A DNA stretch of 64,000 bases from an uncultured Thermoleophilia bacterium (GTDB taxonomy: Bacteria; Actinomycetota; Thermoleophilia; UBA2241): assembly GCA_963702475.1 (NCBI GenBank), contig CAVPCT010000002.1, positions 160,001 to 224,000 on the forward strand, in the 5' to 3' direction. Both the position numbers and the translations under genes were made by a program. Positions 12,413 to 22,400 of this stretch are shown here, piece after piece (position 1 is the stretch's first letter; every line of letters begins with the position of its first letter). Under the pieces are notes generated by a model. The model was not told the DNA's origin. It ran no database searches and saw only the letters and a list, made by a program, of their open reading frames with translations.

Positions 12413-13180
12413 TCAGAGCTCCTTGCGCCTGAACACGTACACGGCGGCGACCACGAAGAGCGCTGCCAGCGCGAGTGTGGTCGCCAGTGGTACGGCCAGG
12501 GCGACGTCGCGGCCCGCGATGAGCGCATCGTTGGACGCGAGGATCCCGGCCGGCGTGCGGTCCTTGACGGCGGGGAAGCCCGTCAGGACGAACAGCGTCA
12601 CGTACGCGCCGATGCCGATGCCTGCCGCCGTGGCCTGGCGGCCGGTGGCGGCCGACAGCAGCACCATGAGAGTGACGAACATCGCGGCCAGCGCCAGCCA
12701 GAGCCCCACGGACTCGAGGAACGGCACGATGCCTTGGGTGTCGAACAGGGCCACCGTGACGGCGATGCACAGAGCCGTGCCGGCCGCCGTGGCCAGCAGC
12801 AGGAGGAGGAGACCGGAGGCGGCCTTGGCCGTGACGAAGGCGCCGCGGGACAGCGGTTTGGTGAGCACCAGCACCGAAGTGCCGGCCCGGTGCTCGGCCG
12901 CCACCGACGCGGCGCCCGTGATGATGATGACCAGCAGGGCGAGCTGCGCGAGGTTGCCGAGGAACTGCAGGTACGCATCGGCCGCCTCCGGCGCCGGGTA
13001 CTCGATAGTCACGCCCGGCGTGCGGCTGGCCGTCATCTCGAGCAGCGCCGGTGTGGCGGCGGCGAGCACGGGCGTGCCGACGCCGAGAAAGACGAACACC
13101 CCGCCGAGCACCCAGAGACGCCACGTTTTGCGCGTCTCCAGCAGCTCCTTGCGCAGAAAGGAGGCGAATCCGCTCATCAT
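12413..13180 (-). CDS. ABC-2 type transporter permease (YxlG-like)
   Basis: FLRKELLE...E..GT..L.LTKPLSR pattern and six TM helices; adjacent to an ABC ATPase. Confidence 0.85.
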   Translation of the reverse strand: MMSGFASFLRKELLETRKTWRLWVLGGVFVFLGVGTPVLAAATPALLEMTASRTPGVTIEYPAPEAADAYLQFLGNLAQLALLVIIITGAASVAAEHRAGTSVLVLTKPLSRGAFVTAKAASGLLLLLLATAAGTALCIAVTVALFDTQGIVPFLESVGLWLALAAMFVTLMVLLSAATGRQATAAGIGIGAYVTLFVLTGFPAVKDRTPAGILASNDALIAGRDVALAVPLATTLALAALFVVAAVYVFRRKEL

Positions 13181-13193
13181 CCTGCCTCGCCGT

Positions 13194-14498
13194 TCACGTG
13201 GCGGCCTCCCCGACCAGGTCGACGAAGACCTCTTCCAGAGAGACCTCGGCGGCCTCGAAGCGCCGCAGGGCCAGCCGCCGCTCCGCGACCAGGGCCGGCA
13301 CGTCGCGGAAGGCCGCCTCCAGGTCGGTCACCTCGACCTGGAGCTCGCGTGCCTCGAGGACGACGTGCGTGACCCAGGCGGCCGAGCTGAGCGCATCGCG
13401 AAGGCTCGCCGGGTCGTCCACCTCGATGAGGACGCGGTGGGCGCCGCCATGCCGCGCTTTGAGGTCCTCCATGGTGGCCTGTTCCACCACGCGGCCGTGC
13501 GCCAGTATGGCGACCGCGTCGCACACGCGTTCCACGTCGGCGAGGATGTGCGTGGAGAAGAACACGGTCGTGGCGCCGGCGAGCGTGCCGATCATCTCCA
13601 GGACCTCGCGCCGGCCGATGGGATCGAGTGCACTGGTCGGTTCGTCGAGGAGGAGCACTCGCGGTCCGTTGATGAGCGCCTGGGCGACGCCGAGGCGCTG
13701 CTTCATGCCGCGGGAGTAGCCGCCGACCTTGGTCGTCACGGCGGCGAGGCCGGCGAGGTCGAGCAGCGCGTCCACCCGCTCGCGCAGAGCCGAGCCGGAG
13801 AGCCCGAACAGGCGGCCGGAGAGCTCGAGGTACTCGGCCGCCGTCATCCACTTGTAGAAGCCCGGCACGTCGGGCAGGTAGCCGATGACGCGGTGCACGG
13901 CGTCGGCGTCTCGGGTCACATCGTGCCCCAGTATCCGGGCGCCGCCGGAGGTGGGGTGAGCCAGACCGGCGAGGATGCGCAGTGTGGTCGTCTTGCCGGC
14001 TCCGTTGGGCCCGAGGAAGCCGAACACCGAGCCTTCAGGCACGGTGAGGGTCACGCCGTCCAGGGCGCGGGACTTCCCGTACTGCTTGGTGAGGCCGTCG
14101 ATCACGACGGCCGGCGCTGCCGAGTGGGCCGCGCCCGCCGCGCCTCGGGCAAGCTCCGCGCTCTCCAGGGCGGCGCCCCGGCCATCGCCCGCGGGTGCGC
14201 TCTCGTACAGCAGCGCCGTGGCGGTCAGCGTCCTGTCCCGCGTCTCCGTGTCGGGGACGGCCTCCGGCTCGGCGGCCGGCGCGGATTCGCGGCCGATGGC
14301 CAGGTAGATGATCGAGCCCGGGATGGTGAACAGCACCACGAGGAGGATCCACACCCACCTGCGGTCGCCCAGTACCGCCGGCCTGCGCACGATGTCGACG
14401 ATGCAGAACACGGCCAGCACGACCTCGGCGATGCCGAGGACGACGAGTGCGACGAGTGCCCCCGAGGGGAGCACGACATCAGCACCCAGGAGTCCCAC
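13194..14498 (-). CDS. ABC transporter ATP-binding protein with fused N-terminal PLDc_N (YxlE-like) membrane hairpin
   Basis: Walker A GPNGAGKT, YSRGMKQ, LLLDEP, H-loop STH. N-terminus has DI...WVWILLVVLF..PGSIIYL. GAAGGAAGG SD before GTG. Confidence 0.88.
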   Translation of the reverse strand: MGLLGADVVLPSGALVALVVLGIAEVVLAVFCIVDIVRRPAVLGDRRWVWILLVVLFTIPGSIIYLAIGRESAPAAEPEAVPDTETRDRTLTATALLYESAPAGDGRGAALESAELARGAAGAAHSAAPAVVIDGLTKQYGKSRALDGVTLTVPEGSVFGFLGPNGAGKTTTLRILAGLAHPTSGGARILGHDVTRDADAVHRVIGYLPDVPGFYKWMTAAEYLELSGRLFGLSGSALRERVDALLDLAGLAAVTTKVGGYSRGMKQRLGVAQALINGPRVLLLDEPTSALDPIGRREVLEMIGTLAGATTVFFSTHILADVERVCDAVAILAHGRVVEQATMEDLKARHGGAHRVLIEVDDPASLRDALSSAAWVTHVVLEARELQVEVTDLEAAFRDVPALVAERRLALRRFEAAEVSLEEVFVDLVGEAAT

Positions 14499-14665
14499 GC
14501 GTCGCCTTCCTTCTCTGTGGTCGCCGGTGGGGCAAGCCTAGCATGCGCCGGGCCGCCGCCCCGAGGGCGGCGGCCCGGCTTGCGCGCGTGCGGTTGGGCG
14601 GCGGCTCAGGCAGCGGGCGATCGGTCCGGGTCATGCCCGGGCGCGACGGCCCACCGGCCGGTAGT

Positions 14666-16792
14666 TCACTTCACGACCCGGTACGGCCGCATCATCTCGT
14701 TGTCCTCGTGCTCGATGATGTGACAGTGCCACACGAACAGCCCCGCGATGTCGAACCGTGCCTTGATGCGCGTGATCTCACCCGGATACGCGATGACGGT
14801 GTCCTTGTAACCGACCTCCCACGGCTCGGGCTGGAGCACTGCTCCCACGCCCATGTCCGCGTGCGGCGACGACTCGAGATCGACCACCTCCCGGCTCACC
14901 ACCTGGAACTGCACGAGGTGCACGTGGATGGGGTGCGCGTCGGCCGTGAAGTTGTGGAAGGCCCACTGCTCCACCTGGCCCCTCTTGACCGTCTCGGAGA
15001 CCGGGTCCATCCAATTCATCGGGTGCGCGGTCCCCGTTGCCGCGTCATAGGTGCCGAGGAGCGCTTCCTGCGGGCCGAATGGCTCGCCGTCCGCGTCGTA
15101 CACGACGTTGCCGTCCTGCTCGTCAACGTTCACGCTCATCGACATCATCTCATTCAGGCTGAGATCGCGGCTCTTGACCGGCGCCGGCAGGTCGGTGAGC
15201 TCGGGAAGCCTGAGCTTGGCCGGCCGGACGCTCGTATCGTCGCCCTGGCGCGCCACCACGCGGAACTGCATCACCTGGCCGGTGCTGCCTGGGTCGGCCG
15301 GGGCGAACGCCTCGCCGACCTCACCGCCGCCGAACGGCTCGTCGGGACCAAGGTTCTGCAGCACGATGCGCGTGCCTGCGGGGACGTTGGTGAAGTCCAC
15401 GATGACATCGGCGCGCTCTGCCGGACCGAGCAGCAGTTCGGTGAGGCGCACGGGGTTGGGCAGGAACCCTCCCTCGGTGCCGATCTGCCAGAACGGCAGG
15501 TCGTTCTCCATCTTGAGGATGAGGAACCGCGACTGTGTGCCGTTCAGCAGACGCAGCCGGTACCGCTGCTGCTCGACCTGCAGGTAGGGCCACGTGCGGC
15601 CGTTGACGACCATGGTGTTGCCGAAGAACTCGGGGTTCCACATGGGCGAGATGTCGCTCATGTGGTGCCCCCCGGGGACCATGTCCGGGATGAACGGGAT
15701 GTTCAGCACCCCGGCCTCAGGGAACTGCTTGGGGTCCTGGCCAACGGGGTTGAGGCCCTCGAAGAAGGCGCGGTTGTCGGGATAGAACAGCGAGCCGTCG
15801 GCGTTGAACGAGCGGTCCTGGATGGCGATGGGGATCTCCCGGTACTCGACCCCGGCGGCGTCGCCGCGCTGCGGCGCGGGACCGGGAAGGGTCCCTGCCT
15901 TCGTATCGTCTGGGCCGCCGCGGAGCAGGTAGAAGCCGGCGGGTCCGGCGTACACGTTGACGCGCGTCATTCCCAGCGAGTGGTCGTGGTACCAGAGCGT
16001 GGTCGCGCGCTGGTCGTTGGGATACTGGAAGACGGCCGTGCCCGGTTGCCACGCGACTCCCAGACGCTTCTCGGCGGCCTGTTTGAACTGGTCGTAGAAC
16101 ATGCCGCCGGTGGCGAAGCCGGCCGGGATGTTCTTGGCGGCCGGAAGGTACCAGGCCTCAGGATAGCCGTCGCTGTCTTCCGTTGTGTGGGCGCCGTGCA
16201 CGTGCGTCACGATCGGCACCGGTCCGGTGTACGGCTCCGCGCTGTGGCCGTGCGTGTCGGTGTTCCCGGGACCGCCTCCCGGGTTCGCCCAGTGCAGTGT
16301 CTGGTCGACCGGCAGGAGGTGCGGCAGGTAGTTGCCGTTGGCGTCGACCAGGCCGTTGATCCACTTCACGCGCACGGGGCGCTTGTGGGTGGCCTCGATG
16401 GTGAGCGCCGGGTAGTTGAGGGTGCCGCCGTCGGCGGCGGGTCGAGAGTCCTTGGCCGATGCGTAGCTCCACACTGTGGTCGGACCGACGTTGTTGGCCG
16501 TGGACCAGGACTTGGGCAGGATGTACTGCCGGAACTGTTTCACGGTGATCTCGTAGTAGTCGATCTTCTTGCCGTTCACCTTGGGCGTTCCGCTCAGCGG
16601 CATCGCCGGCGGGATCACCAGGGGCTCCACGTACTTCGGGATGGTCCTTGGGTCCAGTGACCCCCCGGCAACAGGTTCGGGCTCGGTCTCGTCGGCGATG
16701 ACCAGGGGCGCCACGACGAGTGCGAGAGCCAGTGCGAAGATGGCGACTGCACCCGCCCCGTAGGTGCGCAAACCGCGGAAGCGTCGGTTCAT
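14666..16792 (-). CDS. Multicopper oxidase (CotA/bilirubin oxidase family), probably exported
   Basis: All four copper motifs (HVHG, WYHDH, HPIHVH, WHCHIIEHEDNEM); signal peptide with NRRF. Confidence 0.93.
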   Translation of the reverse strand: MNRRFRGLRTYGAGAVAIFALALALVVAPLVIADETEPEPVAGGSLDPRTIPKYVEPLVIPPAMPLSGTPKVNGKKIDYYEITVKQFRQYILPKSWSTANNVGPTTVWSYASAKDSRPAADGGTLNYPALTIEATHKRPVRVKWINGLVDANGNYLPHLLPVDQTLHWANPGGGPGNTDTHGHSAEPYTGPVPIVTHVHGAHTTEDSDGYPEAWYLPAAKNIPAGFATGGMFYDQFKQAAEKRLGVAWQPGTAVFQYPNDQRATTLWYHDHSLGMTRVNVYAGPAGFYLLRGGPDDTKAGTLPGPAPQRGDAAGVEYREIPIAIQDRSFNADGSLFYPDNRAFFEGLNPVGQDPKQFPEAGVLNIPFIPDMVPGGHHMSDISPMWNPEFFGNTMVVNGRTWPYLQVEQQRYRLRLLNGTQSRFLILKMENDLPFWQIGTEGGFLPNPVRLTELLLGPAERADVIVDFTNVPAGTRIVLQNLGPDEPFGGGEVGEAFAPADPGSTGQVMQFRVVARQGDDTSVRPAKLRLPELTDLPAPVKSRDLSLNEMMSMSVNVDEQDGNVVYDADGEPFGPQEALLGTYDAATGTAHPMNWMDPVSETVKRGQVEQWAFHNFTADAHPIHVHLVQFQVVSREVVDLESSPHADMGVGAVLQPEPWEVGYKDTVIAYPGEITRIKARFDIAGLFVWHCHIIEHEDNEMMRPYRVVK

Positions 16793-16961
16793 GGTCTTTC
16801 TCCCCTCTCCGTCTCACCGCCGTATCCCCCGTCGGTGAGCTTCTCCACGCGCAGCTGTGGACTTTGCCGCCACTATCCCCGCGTGGTTATCCCGACTAAA
16901 CAGGTTGGGATTGTCGCAACGGGCTTCGAGACCGGGGATGTCGTGCTATCCTTCGCTCGCT

Positions 16962-18020
16962 GTGACCGATCCCAAGCCCCTCGATCCCGTGTACCTCATC
17001 GTCGGCAACGACCGGCCCAAGGTGCGTCGTGCTCTGCGGCGCCTGCGCGACAGGGCGGTGAGGGAGAGCGGCAGCGACATCAACGTGACGGCGGTAGAGG
17101 TCGAGGGCGGGCCGCGGGCGCCGGAGGCGCTGCGTGCCGTGCTCGACGCGGCCGCCACTCCGGGGCTCGCACTGGGCGCGCGCGTGATCATCGTCACCGG
17201 CGTGCACCACTTCCGCGTCGCCGAGCGCAAGCAGGTCGTCGCCTACATCCAGGACCCGACGCCCGAGACGACCCTGGCGCTGGAGGCGGAGAAGCTGGCC
17301 AAGGACGACGCGCTCTACAAGGCGGTGCAGAAGCACGGGCAGGTGCTCGCGTACGACCTCCCCAAGAAGTACGAGATGGCCGGCTGGGTGCGCAAGGTGG
17401 CGGCCGGCAAGAACGTCACGCTGGGCCAGGCCGCGGCCCGCCATCTCCTCGACCTCTGCGGCGAGGACCCGTCGCACGCCGAGCGGCTCGAGCGAGAGAT
17501 GGAGAAACTCTCCGCCTACTGTCGCGGCGGGGAGGCCACTGTGCAGGACGTCGACGCCGTGTGCGTGCCCGACGACGAGGTGCGCATCTACGAGCTGACG
17601 GACGCCGTCGGACGCGGCGAGAGAGAGAAGGCGTTCGCCCTGCTGGAGACGATCTACGCCGCCGGCAACCCGAAGGAAGACGCCAACTCGGTGTTCTATG
17701 CACTGCGCCGGCACATCGGTGTGCTCGCCCAGGCCGCCAGTCTGGGGCACACGGACCAGACCACGGCGGCGAGACAGCTGGGGGTGCAGCCGTTCAGGGC
17801 GGGCAAGCTGCTCGAGCAGAGCCGCCTGTTCGATGCACGTCGCCTCAGAAGGGCCTACAGAGCGTTGGCCGCGGCCGAGGTCGGCCTGCGCGGCAGGGCG
17901 CCGGCCACCCTGGAGACCGCGGCCGGCGTCAACAACAGCGACCGTCTCGTGGTGGAGCTGGCGCTGGCCCGTCTGCTCCAGGATCCGGAGCACGGGGCCA
18001 GGAGAGCGCAGTCCGGCTGA
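16962..18020 (+). CDS. holA: DNA polymerase III subunit delta
   Basis: PVYLIVG N-terminus, EMEKL, IYELTDAV and LGVQPF motifs; convergent with rpsT as in the usual gene order. GTG 16962 start inferred. Confidence 0.88.
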   Translation: MTDPKPLDPVYLIVGNDRPKVRRALRRLRDRAVRESGSDINVTAVEVEGGPRAPEALRAVLDAAATPGLALGARVIIVTGVHHFRVAERKQVVAYIQDPTPETTLALEAEKLAKDDALYKAVQKHGQVLAYDLPKKYEMAGWVRKVAAGKNVTLGQAAARHLLDLCGEDPSHAERLEREMEKLSAYCRGGEATVQDVDAVCVPDDEVRIYELTDAVGRGEREKAFALLETIYAAGNPKEDANSVFYALRRHIGVLAQAASLGHTDQTTAARQLGVQPFRAGKLLEQSRLFDARRLRRAYRALAAAEVGLRGRAPATLETAAGVNNSDRLVVELALARLLQDPEHGARRAQSG

Positions 18021-18058
18021 CGGCCGCGGACCGGGCCGTGACGGTCCGCGCACGCAGC

Positions 18059-18105
18059 GAGACGGCGGGGCGGGCGGGCCATCGGCCCGCCCGCCCCGCC
18101 GTCTC
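18059..18105. terminator. Bidirectional stem-loop between convergent holA and rpsT
   Basis: 22-bp perfect inverted repeat gagacggcggggcgggcgggcc / ggcccgcccgccccgccgtctc with a 3-nt loop. Confidence 0.75.
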
Positions 18106-18122
18106 AGCGCTTCAGTTCCCGC

Positions 18123-18386
18123 TCAGCCGAGCTGCGCCAGCGTGTTCGCGACGCGACTCTTCTTGTGGGCGGCGTTGTTCTTGTGCAGGACGCCCTTGGC
18201 CGCGGCCTTGTCGATGCGCGAGGTGAGGAACGTCGCGGTGGCGCGGGCCTCGTCGGCCTGGTTCTCGGCGACCTGGTCCTCCAGATGCTTGAACAGCGTC
18301 TTGAGCGTCGACTTGGTATGGCGGTTGCGCAGCCGCTGCTTGGCGGCCAGGCGGATGCGCTTCTTCTGCTGCTTGATGTTGGCCAC
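18123..18386 (-). CDS. rpsT: 30S ribosomal protein S20
   Basis: ANIKQQKKR...RN...KS...IDKAAAKGVLHKNNAAHKKS. Confidence 0.97.
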   Translation of the reverse strand: MANIKQQKKRIRLAAKQRLRNRHTKSTLKTLFKHLEDQVAENQADEARATATFLTSRIDKAAAKGVLHKNNAAHKKSRVANTLAQLG

Positions 18387-18648
18387 GTGATCCCTTTTCT
18401 CAGGCTAGCGTCGTGACGGTTCCAGGTGCAGTGGGGCTGCGTCCGGACGCGCGATGCTATCACGCGCGCCGGAGATGGGGCAAACGCGCGTGGGGGAGGC
18501 GGCCGCGCGCGCCGCTGTGACACGGTGGTCAGGAACGTCCAGAGAACCACCCCATCGGGGTGAGGCACGCGTTCGCTTGCCGGGAGTACGGTGGCTGCAG
18601 GACGGGACACCGTCTCCCACGGGGAGCCGAACAGACGGGGTGGGGACC

Positions 18649-19302
18649 ATGGGACATCTGCGTAGGGTCGAAGCGTGTGCCGCAGCGGGAGCCGCCCTGA
18701 TCATCGTCGCCGTGGCGCTCACGCTGGCCGGGTGCGGTAGCCTGTCGGTCCCGGTGTTTCCCCCGCCGCCGACGTCGCTGCCCCCGTGGCCGTCCGGGGC
18801 AAGCCCCAGCCCGGCCGTGGCGTATCCGGTGCAGACCGCGACCATCGGAGGCACGCGCGCCGGGTGTGAGGGCTGGAGGTTCAAACCTACGGTGGACATC
18901 GAGGTCTCGGCCCTCGGCTTCTACGACGACGGACGGGACGGGCTCAGGAGCCCGCACCGTACGGCGATCCTCGACGCCGCTTCCGAGAAGACCGTCGTCG
19001 AGACCGTCGTCCAGGGCGGCAGCCCGCTCGAGGGGGCCTTCCGCTGGGAGTCAGTTGGACCCGTCGTCCTGGAGGCCGGGCACGAGTACGCGATGGTGTG
19101 GGACTGTCCCGCACCCGGCGACCCCCAGGTCCTGAACCCCGAAGACGCCTCCCTCGCGCTCGAGCTGCGCTACCTCGGCTACGGGGAGACCGCGAAGAGC
19201 GGACCGGCCTGGGGCCGCCCGGAGACCGGTGTGGAGAACGCCGTCCTCGCCGGCAACTTCAAGTACAGACCGGTGGCGGCCTCGAGCCCGTCGACCCAGT
19301 AG
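18649..19302 (+). CDS. Putative lipoprotein with Pro-rich linker and beta-rich (DUF4082-like) domain
   Basis: Signal peptide with LAGC lipobox, Pro/Ser linker, and GWRF...VSALGFYD...FRW...VVLEAGHEY. Confidence 0.6.
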   Translation: MGHLRRVEACAAAGAALIIVAVALTLAGCGSLSVPVFPPPPTSLPPWPSGASPSPAVAYPVQTATIGGTRAGCEGWRFKPTVDIEVSALGFYDDGRDGLRSPHRTAILDAASEKTVVETVVQGGSPLEGAFRWESVGPVVLEAGHEYAMVWDCPAPGDPQVLNPEDASLALELRYLGYGETAKSGPAWGRPETGVENAVLAGNFKYRPVAASSPSTQ

Positions 19303-19420
19303 TCACGGACTCGGGGCCGCTCCTTTCGCGGCGTCGATGCGGCCGATGTGGCAGCGGGGCCGACTACCGCGTGCTTGATGAGACAGCATCGGCGCGACGG
19401 GCGCGGACCGAGTCGGCCGT

Positions 19421-22400
19421 CTACCAGATCCAGGAGACCGGCTTCTCCGGGCCCAGCGTCACCTTGACGGTCATCGGGCGCCAGTAGTGACGGTGAAGTG
19501 CTTGCTGGGAGAGCCCTTCCGGTGCAGTCATAAGGGCACCGGACCTGAACCTGAGCGCGCTCACCGCGACCACGCTCCCCGGGGTCGCGTGCCGCAGGAA
19601 GCCGACCACGTCCTCCTCGGTGTACGTAGGCGTTCCGTCGAGCGCCAGCATGATGTCGCCGCCGACTCCGTACCACGAGCCGTCGTCTTGCACCCACTTG
19701 CCGTTGTACTTCAGGAGCTGCCGAGCCCCGCGAAGCCCGGCCTTGGCCGCAGGGCTGCCGGGCATGACGCCCCCGATCAGGATCCCCTGCTGCTCGCCAA
19801 GCCCGAACGACCTGGCCAGCTTCGTCCTGGTCGCCTCGGGCGTCAGGACACCCCAGTAATCGATGCCGAGCGTGACGGGCTGCGCATACTCCTGCATACC
19901 GCGCGCCACGCCGTCGACCGTGAAGCGGTAGTAGTTGACGCCCGTGGCGGCGCCGGGGCCTGCGAGCGCGCCCAGGTTCCTGTATCCGGTTGCCTCGGTC
20001 GCGTTCTTGTACCCGGGCCCCATCACGGCGATGAGGTGGCCGGTCGTGTCGACCAGTGCCCCACCCATCGGCGACTTCGTGGGGTTACTGGTGACCATCT
20101 GGAGGACCCGATGTTTGGAGCCAGCGACTGCCTGGGAGCCGCTGTACGTGGACAAGACGGTGCCGCCGGACCGCAGGAGCTCCCCACCCAATCGGCTCAG
20201 GCAGATGACCCGATCCCCCTTGCGGACCGAGTCGGAGTCCCCCTCGGGCATCGGCTGAAGGCGGAGCGAACCGGGGTCGACCTTGATCAAGGTGGTGGTG
20301 TCGTTCCCCGCCACGCATTTGATCTTGTAGCCGCGTAGCGTGTGATAGCTGCCATTGCCGTAGATCCCGACGGTGACGACCTCCGGGTCGATCAGGACCG
20401 GCCAGCGGCCCAGCGGGTCGTCGCTGGTGTAGATGAGTCCGTCCTTCGAGACGATCACGCCCGACTCGTGAACGCGCTTCCAGACGATGCGATGCTGCTT
20501 GTCGGCGACCCGCACCTTGGCGCTGATGTCGACGATGCTGTCCCCGTGCTTGTCGGCGATCTGCTGGGCGGTGAGCTGCACGGGCCCGGACGGCTCGTCC
20601 TGCGTCGTGGGCCTGAAGGCCACGACCGCGATCGCCGCGACGAAGGCGACGGCGATGACGGCAGTCGCGGCGACGAGGAGCGGCGCACGCCGCCGCAGGG
20701 TGCGTCGCGCGCGCCGCGAGAGGAAGAAGCGCCGCTTGGGCTTGGCGACCTCGGCGGCGACCCTCTCGGCGCGGGCGAAGTGGGCGGCCGCGGCGGTGGC
20801 GTCGAGCGGAGCCGCGCGTCCCCCGGCCAGCTCCAGGTAGCGGCTGGTGGGTCCGGCAAGCTCGTCCTCAAGCTCGAACAGCCCGCAGGCGGTGGCCATC
20901 TCCAGGGCCGTCGCGTAGTGGTAGGCGAGGATCTCGGCCATGTCCTCGGTGCGCCCGGCGGTGCGCTCCTCGAGCCACCTCGCGAGGGCGGCGTGCTTCG
21001 CGGCTCGGTCTGCGCGAGTGAGCTGCGCGTAGGCGACATCGCAGACGAGGGCGTGGATGAAGACGAACTCGGCCTCGCCCTCGATGGAGGAACTGCGCGC
21101 AGGCCGCACGAGTTCCTTGGCCACCAGCTCGTGCAGGCCCTCGAAGACCGCCGCCGGTCCCTCACCGCCCACAGCCGCCACCGCACCGGCCCAGAAGGTG
21201 CGTCCTACCACGGCGGCGTCGGCGAGCAGCGCCTTGCGCACGGGGCCGAGGAGGTCAAGGCGCGCGGCGATGAGGGCGCCTATGGAGCCCGGCGTGGGCA
21301 GCTCGGCCCCTTCCTTGAGCATCGTCTGGCCGCCGTGGGTGACGAGCAGATCGCCATCCTCCAGGAGGCGCACCAGCTCCTCGGCGAAGAGGGGGTTGCC
21401 GCCGGAGCGTTCGAGCAGGGTGGCCTGGAGCTTGACGGGCAGCGACTTGGCGCCCAGGCGGGCGAGGACGAGCTGCGCCGTCTCATCGCCGGAGAGGGGA
21501 CCGACGGCGATGTGCTCGGCGGCGGCGCAGAAGCCAGCACCCGCGCCGCTGCGCTCGAGGAGCTCGGGACGGGAGGTGGCGAGGATCAGCAGGGGAACCT
21601 CGGCGCTGCTCTGCGCGAGGTAGTCCATGAAGGCGAGCATGCCCTCGTCGGCCCAGTGCAGGTCCTCGACCACGACCACCGCGGGTCCCGCGGCGGCGAG
21701 ACCCGCGAGGAAGTCTCGCCAGGCGGCGAAGTTGTCCTCGCGGCCCGCATCCTCCGCCTCCAGACCGAGCAGAGGGCGGAGGCGGCCGCGCAGGCGGTCG
21801 CGGTCGGTCCTGTCGGCGAGGACGGCCTCGAGCCGCGCCTCCGTGCGCGCCACGCCGTCGCTGTCCAGGACGCCGGCCGAGTCTCTGACGATCTCCGACA
21901 GGGCCCAGAAGGTGACGTTGGAGCCGAACGGTAGGCAGCGGCCCTGGCGCCAGGTGACGACCTCGGGCCGCTCGTCGAGGCGGCGGGCGAACTCGGCCAG
22001 CAGGCGGCTCTTCCCGATGCCCGGTTCGCCGACGATCAGGGCGAACCGGGGATGACCGGTCTCGGCAGCTTCATCCAGGAGCTTGCGAAGCCCGGCGAGC
22101 TCCTCCTCGCGGCCGACGAATGTCGAGGCGAAACTGCGCAGCTCCGAGCCGGTACGCGCCAGGGGCGCGGTGGCGATCCAGGCTGCCAAGGGCGCGGTCT
22201 TGCCCTTGACGATGACGGGGTGGCAGGCCTCGAACGTGAAGATGCGCTCGGTGGCAGCGTGGGTGGCCTCCCCGACGGCTACAGCCATGGGCGGCGCGGC
22301 GGCCTGCAGGCGCGCGGCCACGTTGACGGCATCGCCGGTGAGAAGACCCTCGCCGCTTGAAGGATCGACATCGAGGGCGACCAGGACTTCGCCCGTGTTC

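Noticed and set aside
18477-18530. GGGCAAAC as the start of a c-di-GMP-I riboswitch
   Set aside because: The downstream GNRA loop and GACGCAAAG elements are absent.
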